Shown here: positions 22,701 to 38,000 of the stretch, one piece after another | How positions within the stretch are numbered: position 1 is the first letter of the stretch | How the letters are laid out: each line of letters begins with the position of its first letter | DNA from: Convolutriloba macropyga | Taxonomy: Eukaryota | Assembly (NCBI RefSeq): GCF_964194025.1 | Contig: NC_134474.1 | Coordinates: 1,178,001-1,242,000 of the forward strand | Direction: 5' to 3' | DNA: 64,000 bases | Notes under the pieces: generated by a model | What the model was told of the DNA's origin: nothing | The model's database searches: none | What the model saw: only the letters and a program-made list of their open reading frames with translations | Made by a program: the position numbers and the translations under genes

Positions 22701-25700
22701 GTTAAGAGAGGCGTTCGATCATTTCTTGAGCAATTGTGGGCTGCGTTGTAAAGAGTTGTAGTTTGCTCCTTGTAGGCAGTTGCACGCTTGCTTGGCTGTG
22801 GATTAAACGAATGATGGGCAGCAGGCTATTGAAATGCTATATTTGTGTTTGGGACACTGCTTGAGAGGACTGACTCTTCAGAGTGTCATTTCGCGCTATT
22901 CAAAAAGAAACGAAATTTTCAAAAAACTTATACCAGTCTTTTGCGAAAAGAGTCAAGAATCTTGCCGTTCTTCTGGAAAAAAAACACACTGAATATTCAA
23001 ATTTTTGTTTTCTGCTGTTGGTTCTAGATAAATTGAAAAAAGCTGCTGATAAATGTTAGTTGTTTGTGAGGCATTTTTCTACAGAGTCTGATACTGACGT
23101 GCATGGAGTGTTAGGTCGAAGGCAAGAAGCCGATTTCTGCTCTGCTGAAACGAACTTGGCTCATGTTTTATAAAATGGGTATTCAGCGATATTAAACAGG
23201 CGGCTTATTTAAGGAAAAGGGTGGCTTGGCTGCCATTGGGGAATCGTGATGGATTACTGAAAGCCTTGGTGTCTTTTGATTTTAAATAAGGTCCTTCTTC
23301 AACGATTGGTTCTTCAGTGAAGACATTACATGTTTGTATTGATAGATCTCTATCTTGTTATCAACTCCTTGGTTGAGAGGGAAGAGTGACGTTATCATGG
23401 AATCTCGTTGAGGATTGGCTGAATTGACATTCATTGTCCATTGTGTACAGTTCCAGTTTGAACTTTTGAATTCTAAGTGTTATAGATTTCTGTCTGTCGA
23501 GAATTGAAGTTGCCGTACTCTTATAAACTTTTGCTTTGAGAATTGCTTCGCACCTTTTGTCCAAGTCTCTTTCCCCATTTTGCCTCGACTTATAATAAGA
23601 GTTAAGGCTCGGAAGTTTTTCCTTCTTCAGTTGCCTTCTGTAACAAATCAAGCTGGCTTTTCACCAAACTTTCTGTTGACATGAACATGTAAATTTTAAA
23701 ACGACACTCGTTGTTGTTACTTGGTGACATCATTGACTATTCCTGTTTTTGTTTAGTTCCTATATTGGGTCTTCATTTTGGAGTGAAAATGAATAGAAAC
23801 GATTTTTTCTTGTCAAAACATAATGTTGGCTAACAAGGCACGAAATTTCCTACAAAAATCATGCGACCTCAAACTATTATCTTAAGGGTGACGTCTGAAG
23901 CTCAATCCACAAAACATTTTTGTTTTTAGTGACGTCTGATACAACAAAATACCGAATCCTTTTTAGGATGATCAAGGTAGTGAGCGTTCCCAGTTGCTGT
24001 TGTAATTGCCTGAATGTCGGGTTGATACCATTAATGTGTTACAAAAATATTTCTAACATTGAAAATTCAACCTTTATGACTTTGCTTTCGGTGTGTGAAA
24101 TCAAGTTTTTTTGCGGTAAATTTTGTTTAACTTTTTTATGTTGCTATCTTGAGGTTGAATTGTCAGCACTAAGCATCCGCTAAGTACTTCAGTTGTGGCA
24201 ATCATTTTGTTCCGAGAGCTTAAATGTTATCCGCAGAGTTATCTTAAAACAAGGTTCATCTCATGAGATACTCCCCTTGGATTAGCACTTTTTGCCCGAT
24301 GGCGAATTAGACTTTTTGTTTGTCTCGTCGAAGGAGCTCCGAAATAGAAGCCTTGAGCACAAAATGGACATTGAAGTAATGCATCGATAGAGAAAAAGTG
24401 AGACTCAAGAGCTGTAGAAGGTGAACAATATTTCCGCAGATTGAGATTCTTTTTTTTTCAGATTGAATTTGCTCTGTTATTTATTTATTTATGATTGGAA
24501 GGAAGAGTGAGCAAAATGGTTCAAACCACACAGGATTAGCCCAATATTGTTCGATATGAATAACTTGAGCCACTTAGGCTAACTGCGAATTGATCATGCA
24601 AGCATTCTATACCAAATTGTCTATACTCCACTTAACTCAATTTTATTTATTTATTTGTGATTCAAAAATAAATTAATTAATTGCTCGGGGGTTAAAAAAG
24701 TTGATTTGGATGTAGTTACAGCTTTTTAGATATTGATCTATGACAGTGCTTTCATTGATTGCTCTCAAACGAAGTTTGTAGCCTTTATATTAGTCCTGTG
24801 GTCTTTTTAATCTGTGGAATTTTCACCTGCTGGGCTATTTTTCGGCTGAACCATTCAACTCTTGGTCCTCAAAAATGAGATAAACAGGTAGCGCTTGGAG
24901 GACGTTAATTGTTCCAGCAACTTTCTTACGCCTTACAGGTCTCAAATTAAGCGATTCAACGACTGTTTTGCGGAGACAATTCAATGGTATGAAGGGCGGT
25001 TCTTAATCCTGAAAAGTCTGACCCCTCTGCTGCCCCCCCAGTCAAATTAGCTCGCCACCGCTCGCCAGTCGTTTGAGAGCAATTCGTCCGACGTTATGTG
25101 CTCGATTATGTTTGGCATTGGTGAATGTTGGCCAGTGGGTTTGTTGTTATGATTGTGTATGTGTGCAGATACCAGAGATAGAGTCAGAGAGTGATAGTGG
25201 CAACCAGTTGGTCACAGTGGGAGTATGTCAGCTACTCTACATTGATGTTGATCACTTCCTCTTCCTTCGAAAAGTCCAACACAATATCCCTAGACTATAC
25301 TTATTGTTAGTCAACATATTTCCTTCTACAAATTAGAGGAGCTTTGGGAATTTAACTTATGGCATATTATTTGAAGACGGTTTATTTTAATTCAAAAGTG
25401 TAACCGTTACGTTAAATATGTTGACATGGAGACAATTATTTTTAAACAAACATTTACTATTTTCTTATGTTAAAACATAACTTGAACCATCAGGTACGAA
25501 CTGAAATTGATGTCAAAAAAATTAATTGCTTGAAAACTTTGGAGATTGAACTTTTTATTGATGAAATTGTTTCCAGATAAAGCTGTCGAATGCCAGATGC
25601 AGCCTGGTTTTTGCTTAAAATAATGGCATTTTACAATGGATAAGCAGAAACTACCATGTACGTTTCAGATCTCTTCCATTGTTCAAAAGATACCCAGTAG

Positions 25701-27099
25701 AACGATTATTACAACTGCCAGGTGCAATCCAGAGCCACTTCTATCCGTTAGTTATTCATCCCTTTATCCCCCCCCCCACTCTCTCTCATCCCATTCACCA
25801 GTATAAGATGAATTTGACTGATTTCAGGTCAGGGACTGTAGTGTGCAAAAACTTAAAGTCATCACCTGTCTTCTTCATATGCAAAACGGTAATTACATCT
25901 CTAATATCTGCCATGGAAATATGCATCTGGTGCTACTATGATACGAAAAAGATATCAAAAACACAATTTGTATTTACTTAGAAAAGCGTAAAGTGTAATT
26001 TGCGAATATCGCGATAGAATTTGAGAGCGTTCAAAGTTTCCATCCCCTCCTGATCAACTAAATAGAAAAGATGAACAAACTTTTTGTTCTTCTAATGTTT
26101 GTCCATTTGTTTGTACGAAAAGTCGTTGAAGAAACAGCTCAATATAAAAACTGTGATCCAGCGCCCCGCATACAAAAAACTGTACCAAGAAAAGAGCAGT
26201 TTCGAAGCCAAGAAATCGAGCGCGAAAGCCCAGTATCAGAAAAACTGAGAAAATTAAAAGAATGATGTGCTAAGAAAACAACAAAAAATACTGGAACACA
26301 CAAGAGCGATCCAAAAATATGATGTTAGAGTAGATAATGTCTTGATTAACTATAGCATAGTCCGATAACTATGCCAATCAACATCGGATCAAGAAAAGAT
26401 GCTCGTTTCAAACTACCCTCTTTTTAGTTGAGTAAAATCAAACAGAGATGTCACAAATCATTACTTATCTCCCCCTCTTTTGAGTGAGCATAACTTTTTG
26501 ATGAAGTCATTTCCTGCCCACTCATTAGGCCAGAGGAAAAAACATACAACCCACCTTTCTTTCGATAAGCTCGAATTTTCTCTAAAGTTCAGTGGATACA
26601 ATAACGAAACACGGGCTAACTGCAAGATAGCAGATCCACTACGATTGATAGCATTTTTGCTCATGTTCCCTCTACTTTTGATCTTCAGCTGCTTCAGTTG
26701 TGTGACCTGACAGCTCAGGTCCGTTTTTGACAAAATTTGGTGGGAGTGCAGTAGTCACTGTAACATCAAATGCAGCAGAACGGCCTCACGTCCATGATTG
26801 CAGTAAAAGGTCATCAGGTTGTCAGTTGGTATCAGTACTAGCCATTGAACAAATTGTTATGACCGACCGTGGCAGCGTAGCCAGACATCATAGCCAGCGA
26901 ATGAATCAATAAGCCCGAAGTGCAATACAATCACTTTCCAAGTCTATACTTTAACGATCTCTTGAAGTTCCTTAGAGAAATTCAGCCCTCAAACAGTTAT
27001 GGGAGCTGCAGTTGGATCTTTTGTAAATAAAAAGTCACGTAGTGAAAAACGGAAACTTTGGAAAGAAGGCGTGTGAGACTAATGCCTTTGTGCTTTGGT

Positions 27100-27502
27100 T
27101 GTCAAGGACACTGTGACTTCTCGTTAACAAAGCCCGGCATTTCACAACAATTATTGTCAAAACCTGACGGAAGTAGTCGACTTCTCAAAAACCTTTTATA
27201 GCAACAAACAAGCGAAACAAAACGAATCAAATTTAATTTTACTTTAATAATACATAATCAAAATAGTCCTAAGCATCCCCCAATCCCAACACCATTCATT
27301 AATGAATGGTGTTGGAATTGGGGGGATGCTTAGGACTATTTTGATTATGTATTATTAAAGTAAAATTAAATTTGATTCGTTTTGTTTCGCTTGTTTGTTG
27401 CTATAAAAGGTTTTTGAGAAGTCGACTACTTCCGTCAGGTTTTGACAATAATTGTTGTGAAATGCCGGGCTTTGTTAACGAGAAGTCACAGTGTCCTTGA
27501 CA
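27100..27502. repeat. 403-bp near-perfect spacerless palindrome occupying the 3' LTR position of a BEL/Pao element
   Basis: TGTCAAGGACAC...CCATTCATT|AATGAATGG...GTGTCCTTGACA, centre 27300/27301, one substitution and one indel. PPT-like GGGGCCGGCGA immediately 5' on -. Confidence 0.92.
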
Positions 27503-28761
27503 TCGCCGGCCCCATTTGCAGGATTGCAAAGAAAGAATAAAACTGTCGGATTGCAGCGTGTTGAATCATCCGTAAAGTTGAAACAAGAAGTAAAATAAAA
27601 ATTGACTGTAATGAAATATAAGGGTACAAATTAAAGCTGGTGGTTCGTAAAAACGAGCCAACGAAATCAATAATCGGAAATACTAACCAAAAATACCTCC
27701 AGTGTCAAAAGAAATTAAGAGGGGTGGGTCTTAGACCTGCGAGAAAATAAAACCAATAACAAGTTGAAATGGGCTGGTGATAAGGGATGATCAATGGAAC
27801 ATAAATATGTGATGAATCGATCTGCTGGTTTGTAAATGACAATCCAGAACGTAAGAGGGTGTAACGTGTTGATCAGAAGCCATGAAAGTTTGAGCAGCCA
27901 CCTTTTCTTTAGAAGGGCAGACTGTTGTCCCTAAATTTCCTATCTTTAAAGAGACTGTTTGTTTATGCCGAAATTTGGGTTTCATTCTGCGAAAGATTTG
28001 CTCAGTTTCACAACGGGTCTAATGCGTTCTCCGAAAGACGTCTTCAACTTAACTGATCGGACAATCCCATCTGTGCCAGGGAAAAATTGAATAACTCTAG
28101 CCAAAGGCCAGAGGCCACGAGGGTTGAAATCTTCTAGAATCCATACCAAGTCGTCAACTTGTAAATTTTTCGACGTCTTATGCCATTTACAACGTACTTG
28201 TTGAGTTGGTAAATACTCCCGTAGGAAACGATTCCAAAAGTGAGTTGCAATTTGTTGTGATGAACGCCAACTTTTTGAAAGATTCTTCTCTTTACCAGTG
28301 AAGACGCAAGGAGACAAGTTAACGGATGAACGACCTAGGAGAAAATGATTTGGTGTCAGTGGTAAGGGGTCGTTTATATCATATGGAACATTTGTGAGAG
28401 GCCTGGAGTTCATGCTTGCCTCTATTTCTCAAGCAACTGTATTGAGAATTTCGTCAGTTAAAGTTCTCGAACCAATGACCTTGTAAAGTGATAGTTTAAA
28501 AATTTGTACCAATCTCTCCCAAATTCCACCGAAATGGGGGGCAGCTGGGGGATTTAATTTCCAATCTATCTCCACATTCATTAGATGTAGCTTAGCTGCT
28601 AATAATTTTGATTCTTTCAGTTCTGCGATGCTAGATTGCAGAGCGTTGTTTGAACCAACATTGGTGATAAATATGAACCCGCATAAAAAACTTTGTATTG
28701 ATCTTGAGACAGCGCAACCTTTAACCAGGGAAGACAAATAGGTGTTGGAACCTGCTGCCAC
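27503..28761 (-). mobile_element. 3' part of a BEL/Pao LTR retrotransposon (integrase C-terminus)
   Basis: WKLNPPAAPHFGGIWERLV, NSRPLT, PLTPNHFLLG, FWNRFLREYL, WPLARV, DGIVRSV, RPVVKL. Confidence 0.88.
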
Positions 28762-30079
28762 GCATGGTGGAGATCAATGGCTACAAGAAATTGATGCAAT
28801 GTTTTACTTTGTCAGTTACCACTCAGTTTCGTGACCTCAAATGATTACTTGTTGATATGTTAGCATTAAGAGAGTCGAAAAATTTGGTGCTCAAAAATAC
28901 TGTCAAACAATACCTATGCACAATGAGAGTTGTTAAGGTGTATCAGTTTTTCAAGTATTGTTGACGTTTTTTTAATCGATTTTTGTGAAAAATGGGGTAA
29001 CCTTTTTGCCAGTTCCTTTTTAAGCGATCAGCGCCTCAATATCATTGCCCAGATTGCATTTCAATTCTCTACCAATACATTGCAAATCTGAATTTGACCA
29101 AAAACAATGTTCGGCTTTTCTTAAAGGGAAGTATTTCGTTTTTCAGACCCATCATCGTGTTGGATTTTCAAAATTTGGTTAAGATGATGATTTGATGGTA
29201 TGGTTTCTTTGAAGACCGGAAGCAGCTCACTAATGGGTCGGAACAGTAGATTTTTTATTTCTTTTACTATTTTTTGTGAGTGCACATTATCCAGCAAAAT
29301 AACAAAATACTCACTATGAACATGTGTGTACCCGAAGATGGCCTGATTAGAGGTCACTTCGGTGTGACCACAAGGTTCTTGTTCAGACATTTGACTTGTT
29401 CTAATTTGTTTGTAAGCGAATAGCTCGGAGCTGCTAACTAACTGAATAGCCTACTAAAGGTCCACGAGTAACTTATTATTGCAATAAAATGGGTGTGAGT
29501 TTCAAGATGTACTTTGAGCAAGCGTTAAGCGTAGAAATGTCTTTCTTATCACAGTTTGTTTGTTTTGAAGAAGGTTTGTTTTGATAAACAATAATAACTT
29601 CGAAATTTGAAACATGTTTGGATCCGGATTGAGCCCATAATTCAAAAAGTTACAAAAATTTCAACTTAATATTATGGCGTCTATGAAAATTTGTAGTCAT
29701 AAAATTTTCGTAAAAGGGAGTTCTATGAAATTAAACTATCACGAAATTTTTGAACACATCAAGAAAAGGAGAGAAAAATTATGTTTGAAAAAACTAAATG
29801 TTAAAAAATTGAGGTATTGAGTTTAAAGGGAACAGAGAATTATGGAACAGTTGTAGTCATAGAACTTCATAGAAAGAGCAAATAAATTTGAGAAAAGTAG
29901 AGAACATTTTTTCAAATAAAAAACTCGTAACATCCCCTGAATTTTTCAATGAAAGGCCATCATATCATGTGGGAGCACATCTAGCAAATAGCAAAGAAAA
30001 AGTTGTAGTCATAGGACTTCATAGAACAGTTTTGGTTAAATTTTTCAAATTGCCAATTGATTTTCTTTTGAAGCAGTAA

Positions 30080-30866
30080 CCCGAGTTGAATTCGATAGGT
30101 TTTCTGGCAAGATCTTGCAGGATTCTGGCAGAATCTTGCAAGAAGATACATCATCTGGCAAGATTTTCTTCCTGTAAGATCTTGCAAGATAACCATTCGT
30201 CTTGCAAGATATTCCGTCATCTTGCAAATATGCAAATAAAAAGAACATGATTAGAATGAGACGAGAACGTTATTTCCTCATCTTTTTTTTCGTTATGGTA
30301 AAATTTTGCAACAAAGATGGAGTCAATCATATTTTTTCGGCACAAGCCATAAGATTAAGTAATTTAAGAAAAGGCTTTGTATTGGATTTCAAAATAACAA
30401 TTGTGAAATGCAAAAAATGTAAATCACTGATAAGAACAAATAATAATATCAACTACTATAATTTATACCAATAAAAATCAAAATTGTAATTGTGGAAAAT
30501 TAAAAAAAAAACTAATTAAACAGTATGAAGGTTTTGAGGAGTTCCCCATTTGTGTTTGTATTGCTCACAGAAACCGTAAAGTTTTTCTCTTAGTTGACTA
30601 AATTGATCTTGTTTTTAAATATAATACAGTTATCTGATGTGAATTTTGATTTAAATTATTTTTTAAAACAAAATTATATTTTGGAAAGTTTTTGTGCTAA
30701 ATGAATAGTAATGCGTCTACAACAGCCAATGAGAGCAGAACTCGACTGGAACGAAATTGCAAGAATCTTGCAATATAACCATTCTTCCTGCAAGATCTTG
30801 CAAGATAGTCTTTTTTGGCAAGAATCTAGCAAGAATTTGCAAGATAATCAATGGTGTCGACTAGGG
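30080..30866. mobile_element. Non-autonomous DNA transposon / MITE-like element with CTTGCAAG subterminal repeats
   Basis: Imperfect inverted ends CCCGAGTTGA / TCGACTAGGG; clusters of TCTTGCAAGA at both ends; AT-rich core. Confidence 0.55.
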
Positions 30867-33800
30867 AAGTTCAAACAAATTGTGGTAGCTAGACAAATTG
30901 GATGTTACTGCGCTTCGAGCTATCGCTGAATTATTCTTATCGCAGCCTATAGATGACCTTCCGATTATATTAGATATCTAATTCTGATTCAGTACTGATA
31001 TTCACTGAACGAAAGGCAGGGACTGCAAAACCTAAACGATGCGTATCTTTATTTCATAAGGTGCGCTTTGATTTGAAAAGGGATGTTTTTTTTTCTGCGT
31101 GAGTGCAGGGTCAATGTGCAATACTGAGGAGACAATCAGTGACGGATGTTAAGAAAACAAAGGAATATAACAGACAAGGAGTCAGACCAGAAGGAGTCGG
31201 ATGTCACAAAACTTTCTTTCACACATACGGTCAGATATCCGTATTTAACTGTTTCTTTTCTTGGGTTAAAAATTTTTAGTTTTTGATGCGATCTTTCTAC
31301 AAAATAAAGCTTGTTTTTACTTGCACCAATTGTGTTTTGTATAACAGAAGGAGATAATAGAAGGCAATATCTGTTGCATATCTTTGAATACTTTTGTGAG
31401 TTATTATCCGAAGGACGTGTAGGGCATCTCTACAATGTCCTTCAAGTTGTCCTAGTTGTTATCCGAAAGCACAAGAGATAAAAATATAAGTGGAAGCAGA
31501 GAGAACACGCCGCTGAATATGTGTGTAAAAGTGAACTTGTTCTAGCTGATGATTCAAACAGATATAAAAAATGTCCATTCAAAGATGTCGATAGAAGAAG
31601 AATAGATTTTAAAAACATATGAAAAAAATGCAGGTGTAAAAAAATCTTTTTATTTTATGGTTTTCAACCAGCGATTTTGTGAATATGAACTCAATTAATT
31701 AAACCAATTAACAAGAGAAAGTGAGATTTCATGCGAAGCCAAATTTAAGTGTATCCAATAAAGTAATTTCCTTATTAATCTCCTAACAAATGGTTTAATG
31801 AAAAGATTATTGAAATGGATTACTAAAGCCCATTTTTAGAAATAAGAAAATTTTTTTTGCAATTCGTTGTTATATATAAACGTTTTGATGCTTCTTTTCA
31901 GAAACAGGCAGTAGTCGTTTGGTATCCAACAAAAAGCCACCACTACAACACACGATGAGAACCAGCACACCTATCAAGGCAAGTCCACCACCATCTATAG
32001 CAACCACATCGTTATCATCTTGTACTTTGCATAAAACAGTGCATTTTCTGAATCCTCTCTACGATAGTAAAATTATCACTAGATCTGGGTTCCAGAAAAC
32101 AATTGATTATAACGGTGGTAAAGATATACAGCACTGGAGTCTTGGTTATACACACCGTGTCTCTAACTGTCAGACTGAGTAGATACAATCAAGTAAGCGC
32201 TATATAAAAGAAAATAAAGTCTTCTCAGACTGTGTTTGGTGGAAATTAGCGGGATACAAATTCTGCGAATTCATCTGCTGAGTCCATCCGCGATTGACAA
32301 TTTTTGCACAAGCAGTATGTTTGCAGCTGAAAAATTTGTCGATTGTGTTGGTGCCGGTCGAGTGAAGTTGGTGACTAGAGTTGTTATTAAGTGATCCACA
32401 TCCTATCGGATGTGGGTCCAGTAAAAGTGCCTGTGACCAGGTACAACTTGGCGGATTGGTGTAATTAGTGAGTCTCTTGTCGGTGGTACAACAAGGTTTC
32501 AATTCATCTCTTCTTTATTACAGTTTTTTTCCGATTGTATTTAACATCTTTCCTGCTGGTTAGCATCCTATTTAGCTAATCAGATAAACTTAGGTTTTTA
32601 TTGAATATTTAATGGCTTCTATGTAAGTTCCGACAAGAGAAAAGACAAAAAGAAAAATGTTGCTAATTCTTCTAATTCTCCAATTAAGAGTTACGGATTA
32701 TGTTCAGAAAGAACAGAAAGAATAGAAAAACTTGAGAAAAGGAAAAAGGTTTTGAGTTTTTGTGAGAAAAAACGTGCAGTGACAGCAAGTTTATCTCGTG
32801 TTTTCATCTTAGTGTAAACTCAATGTATAGGATTGCGGAAGATTTGGAAAATTCCGGATTTGTTTAAAAACAAGATGCGAGGGCCTGAGTGAAGAAGTCA
32901 TGACTGCAAAGTGAAGTCGTGAATGAGATCAATTGGTCAGATTATCACCGATCCATTCATTATAGAGCAGGTTAAATTTGTGACCGTACACCCATATGGT
33001 TACCTCACCTTAGAAGCAGTGCAAAAACTTGATAGGGACGAGCATAGGGTGACGGGTGGCCGCAGACAAGGGCAAAAAAAGAAGTAACGTCGAATTGGGT
33101 GGAAGTTTCTGAACGTGTCTTCGCAATACTGCAGATCGATAACAGAAAAATAATTTCTTTACCATGGGGATTTGATTTTCGTGTTCGCGTATTAGAAACG
33201 TGAATTTATGTGCAGAACGCGGTTTGTCTTGTTGAAGTGGTCCTGTAGAATCTGATACTTGTGGATCGTGTGTTGCATTTTGGTGTCAGTCACACCATAA
33301 GGTTGAATGTTCGCACTAATTTGAGTAGAATGTGCAGAACGTAGTTCGTCCTGTTGAAGTCGTTCGGCACAAACTGATAGTTTTGTTGCTTTTTGGTCTT
33401 ATTCGCACGATACGATTGATTGTTCACGTGCATTTGAATAGGATCTAGGAAACTTAACTGTATATAAAAGACGTCGTATTTTGGATAAATACGATAGGCA
33501 GCTGTGTTCCGCGTGAACATGGTGTTTAAGTATTCATTTGAAGGATCCGACAGTGCAAACAAAATATTTGGATTTTTCGTGGGGAAGGTTTCTGTCACGT
33601 CCTACTTCCGTATACTCGTTCTCGAAATGTACAAATGAGCAAAGAAGAACTCTCATATAGAAGTTAAATTTGCCCTTGCAACTCCAAGTGTTTTGAAAAC
33701 AAGTTTGACCTCCTTGACTTACAACAGCACACTGGTGGTAGTACCATTTTTATGATTTCGAAAGCTCAATTATCCCTTTAATCTACCATGTTGTGCCCGC

Positions 33801-35049
33801 TAGCTTATCCTCTTCGTCCACTTAACTCTGAAAGACGATTAGATGATAATTCAATTTTTTAGTATTAATCTTCAATTTTCAAATTCTCTTCAAATATTCA
33901 TATTGTTCGTAGCAATCAATCTCTTACATTTGCATCTCGTGTACATTACCCAATTTAATATTTTTTCTCTCTCTGTATCAACGATAGATATTAACAATAG
34001 ATATCAATTTTAAATATCAGTTAGTTGGATAAGGCTGCCAAATTTGTTTATGATGCTGGAACCAGGAAATATACCCACTACGGTTGAAACTGGGATACAA
34101 GTACTAATAAAAACAACTGAAAATAAGTATTGATCTGGTAATTTAAGTGGTCCAAACTTGGAACTCCAGATAATATGAAATCTCAAACGTTCTTTTTTTT
34201 CTGAACTTTGGCAGTGAAAATGATAACAGTGAAATGTGTGTGCGCTCTTAATGATTATACAGACAGTAGTGAAATAACTTACCAAGGGAACTCACTAGTT
34301 TAAAGTTTCAGCGTGTGGAAGAGAAGACTCGAAAAGAGTTTTTTAATCGTTTTTGTAGTGTGAAGTTGTGAACCTATTTCAGAAAGAGGTGAACAAGTTG
34401 CCACATGAGGATATTGAGAAGAGAATAATGCAGAGAGACTCAGTTAAGACCAAGAGAGTCTTCGTTCAAATTGGACTCTTCACCAAAGACCAAGTCATGG
34501 TAAAAAATTAACTTTCATAAAGTTGCACTCAGCCGGCAAACAATCGAAAAATTACACTCATTTATGAACATCAAGACAAATTCTGCATGAGTTTTGAACT
34601 TTGAATTCTGAAACGTTCGCTAGCTCTTCAATTTCATGCAATATGCTAAAAATATAGCTTTTTGATAAGCGCAAAATTAAATCTCTTCCTTCTTTTTTCA
34701 GCCTCATCTCAATTTTTCATCATTTCAACGCAATCTGGTTCCTTTTTGCCCCCTGTTAAGATTTTTCCAAAGACTTAATTCACGTTTTGTACCAAAAAAG
34801 AGATAAATTTGGTTCACAAATAAAAGAGAAATTTTGACTGATCTGCCTTATTTTGCATTTAAAAATCTTACCGCAACTTTCTCCGTGATTCAAGGTTTTT
34901 TGCTGTCCCTATTAAACTGAATTTTATTTGCTGCAGATCCTCTATTTTCAATGGCAAGCAGTAATCATGACACATTTATTGATGTGTAAATACGGCCATT
35001 TTAGAACGCATTTAGAGGCAATTCAATGGCAACCTAGTGATAGGAATCC

Positions 35050-38000
35050 TGTAGAATTTGGGAAATCCTACTTTTATCACGAAAGGATTGCAATTGAAAG
35101 TGATAGAACTTGAATTTCGAAAATCCGTTTCCTACAAATTGTTAGTAAGACTGTTGGCTTGCAATTCGAAGCCATTTGGCGTACCAGACATTTCTGAAAC
35201 AAAAGCAGGAGCTCTTAGAAGATGAACGGGTGCAATACTGATTTTCTCAATACTGTGGTGGACCGAATTTATAAAAGTTAGTTATCATCAGCTATTTACC
35301 TCAGCGTGATCAAAACTTGACAGGGCGTACGTGGATACCGTGGGGCAAGTTCTAATGTTGTGACGTTTGGGAATCTGTTTTGTAGATGTCATGGGGAACT
35401 TTACACTTCCAAAAAAAGGCTAATTTCTTGTGTTGAGTCATTGACCGATTGATTAATTGGTAGATTCATAAGTCTGATACTGCTTTTGTTTTAGCTTGAG
35501 TAGAATTCAGCAATGAATAAAGAAGGCGTTCAGGTCATTTGATTGTTTTTTTAAAGTCATAAAAAATTTTAAGTAAGAAAGTCATAACTAATGTGGTCCA
35601 GAATGCGAAGTGAACAGATTCATTTGTTTCGTTCTTGTACGTTGTTGCTTGATTAGTTAGTAAGGAGTAGAACAACAACATCACAAACATGGTACCATAC
35701 CAGAGCTGTAACTTGTGAAAAAGTTGTAGCTCTGTCTGTAGAGAAGTCATGGGAACATCAAAGAACGCCGGAGAACTGCGGTATGATCAAGCGGCTTAAT
35801 TGAGAGCTGTTGGATGCACTTTTTGTGATGAGAAATTCTGTTGAGATAGAGAATAGTAGCTCTCTAGTTGTGAATTTTGTAAAAAATTCAAACTTGTGAA
35901 CCATCTTTACAATAAAACTCTGGCTGAATTCTGATTTTTTTCTTTAGCATTGTTTGTTCATTCATTGGATATTATTTAATTCATTTTTCCAACTAGAGCT
36001 TCTTACAGCCGACAGCAGCAGCGTGGGGACAATTGAACCCTCAAATAGACATCTGAGAGCCATCAAAACACCCCTCTCAATTTGTTAGAGTTCTGGGCGC
36101 TAGTCGGTCCTCAGCTAGTCAGCGTAAGCGAAGTACAAAACTCTATACAGTGGGGCTCCTGGGCGGGCTCTCGAGACAGAAGTGGGTTTAGCAGAAGTGA
36201 GTGGCCAAAGAAGCTTTTCAGCCAGAGAGTACTGTTAAAGGGAGTAGGATTTTTTAGAGCTGATGAGTACAAAGAGTAGAAGATTTAAAAAATGAAGATA
36301 GCACGTTGGGAAAAATGGATTGGAGTGCGTTTTTGTTAGTGAGTTTTTTCTGTCAGAGAGATTACCGAATTGGGCGGAATGGAGGATGTACTACTTTGAC
36401 GTTGAAGACTTGTTACAACGGAATGAGGATCAAGCAATGGCGTTGCTGCTTTGCTTACTGTAGTTGGGCTTTGGAAGCAATTAGCCACTTGCCACCGGGG
36501 TTTTGGAGATCAGCAATGAGCTTAGAAGTATGTCTCAGCTTCTTCGAAAAGAGGATGGTTTTCTCAGACAATACAGATTGTTCTGAAGTTCAAAGTAGTT
36601 TGAGGAGCCTTAGTAGGGATACTAAAACCATTAAAGAAATGGGAATATCACGTAGGTAGAAAGATAAGTGATCGTATGATAAGCAGACGTATAGGCATAG
36701 TATGAGAAATCTGACAAATACTCAGAGCTCAACGAAGGTTGTAGCGATTCAGTAAAAGTAAGTTGCAGAACTCAAGATTCTGAGGTCACAAATTTCAGAC
36801 ATGTTGAACAAGTTATTACTTTACTTCAGTTAGAAAACAAACAGGCCGACCTATTGAGGTGGGGTATGTTACAAACTGACGGAGGACACCAAGACGGCTC
36901 AGCTTGCAGGATTGATGAGAGGACGAGGTGAGATGTGAATGTAATTCCCACTGAGTGGTTGGTCTCTGATGATAGTCGAAAATGCGGTGGACGAGATGGT
37001 GCATGAAATTCGAGATGAAAATTTTGTCAACGAGTTAAGATTGTTCCAAATAGAGTTACACAGTGCCGAGAGTTTGATGAGGAAAAGCATTTTGTAAAAG
37101 GTAGAGAGATCAGGTTTAGCAAGAAAGAGGAGTTTTTCAAGCACCGCCAGATGTTGGTAAAGACTGCTGTGGACAATTAAGAGCATGAAAAACCATACAG
37201 AAAGCGGCATGTAAATTTTTTTTATCGAAATAAGAGAAAGTAGTTACGTTTGAAGGTTGTGTCTATTACGTTGACAACTCATTAGCGATGAAAACTCATT
37301 AATGATAGAGAGGATGACTTTCTCCTCATGAGAGAAGTGAGGATGAGGAAACTGAGTTTCTCTTTGGAGAGAATGAAATGGTTGGATGTACTCAACGGAC
37401 AAACAGCGACTTCTTGGGTCTCTGGTCACCTGAGTTTTCATCACTAGTGGTAGGTAGTGATATTGGTATGCGATTGATAGATTCCAGTCAAAGAAATTTT
37501 GCAGAATGTCTAGCGGAGGACACTCTTGGAGCTAGATTGAACGAAGACGTCGACACAGTAACTGAAGAAGTCTCGTTTATAGTTGAGAGAAGGGGTTTTG
37601 AAACTAGTAGAGATGAAGAGGTGTCTTTTAGAAGCGTAAGTAAAGTCAAAAGGAAAAGTAATGACTCTGTTGGTCCCACAAGCGTTAGATCTGGACCCTG
37701 GAAAGGTATGGAGTCCCAATCAGACAAGTTTGGAGAAATTTGTGAACAATTTCAAAAGATTGTCAACCAGTGTGAGAGAAGCAGCAAGAAGGTAAAACTT
37801 TTTTCAGTTAATAATCCATAAGGGGATACAGTGGTTCAAGAGTGTGAGGCAGAGATAGAAACTAGTACACGGGAAGCTGTTAACTTTCAAAAGGATAAGA
37901 GCGCAGTCTAGAGACCCCGAAATTTGAACAGACGAGATAGGATTCCAGTTCTTTCAAGGGTTTGTGAACTAAAATTTTGCTGGGATAAAAACAGGGTTTC

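Noticed and set aside
31000-34900. Short ORFs as possible host exons (also 25073-26912 and 63139-63978)
   Set aside because: No recognisable domains or consistent splice structure by eye; cannot be supported without a search.
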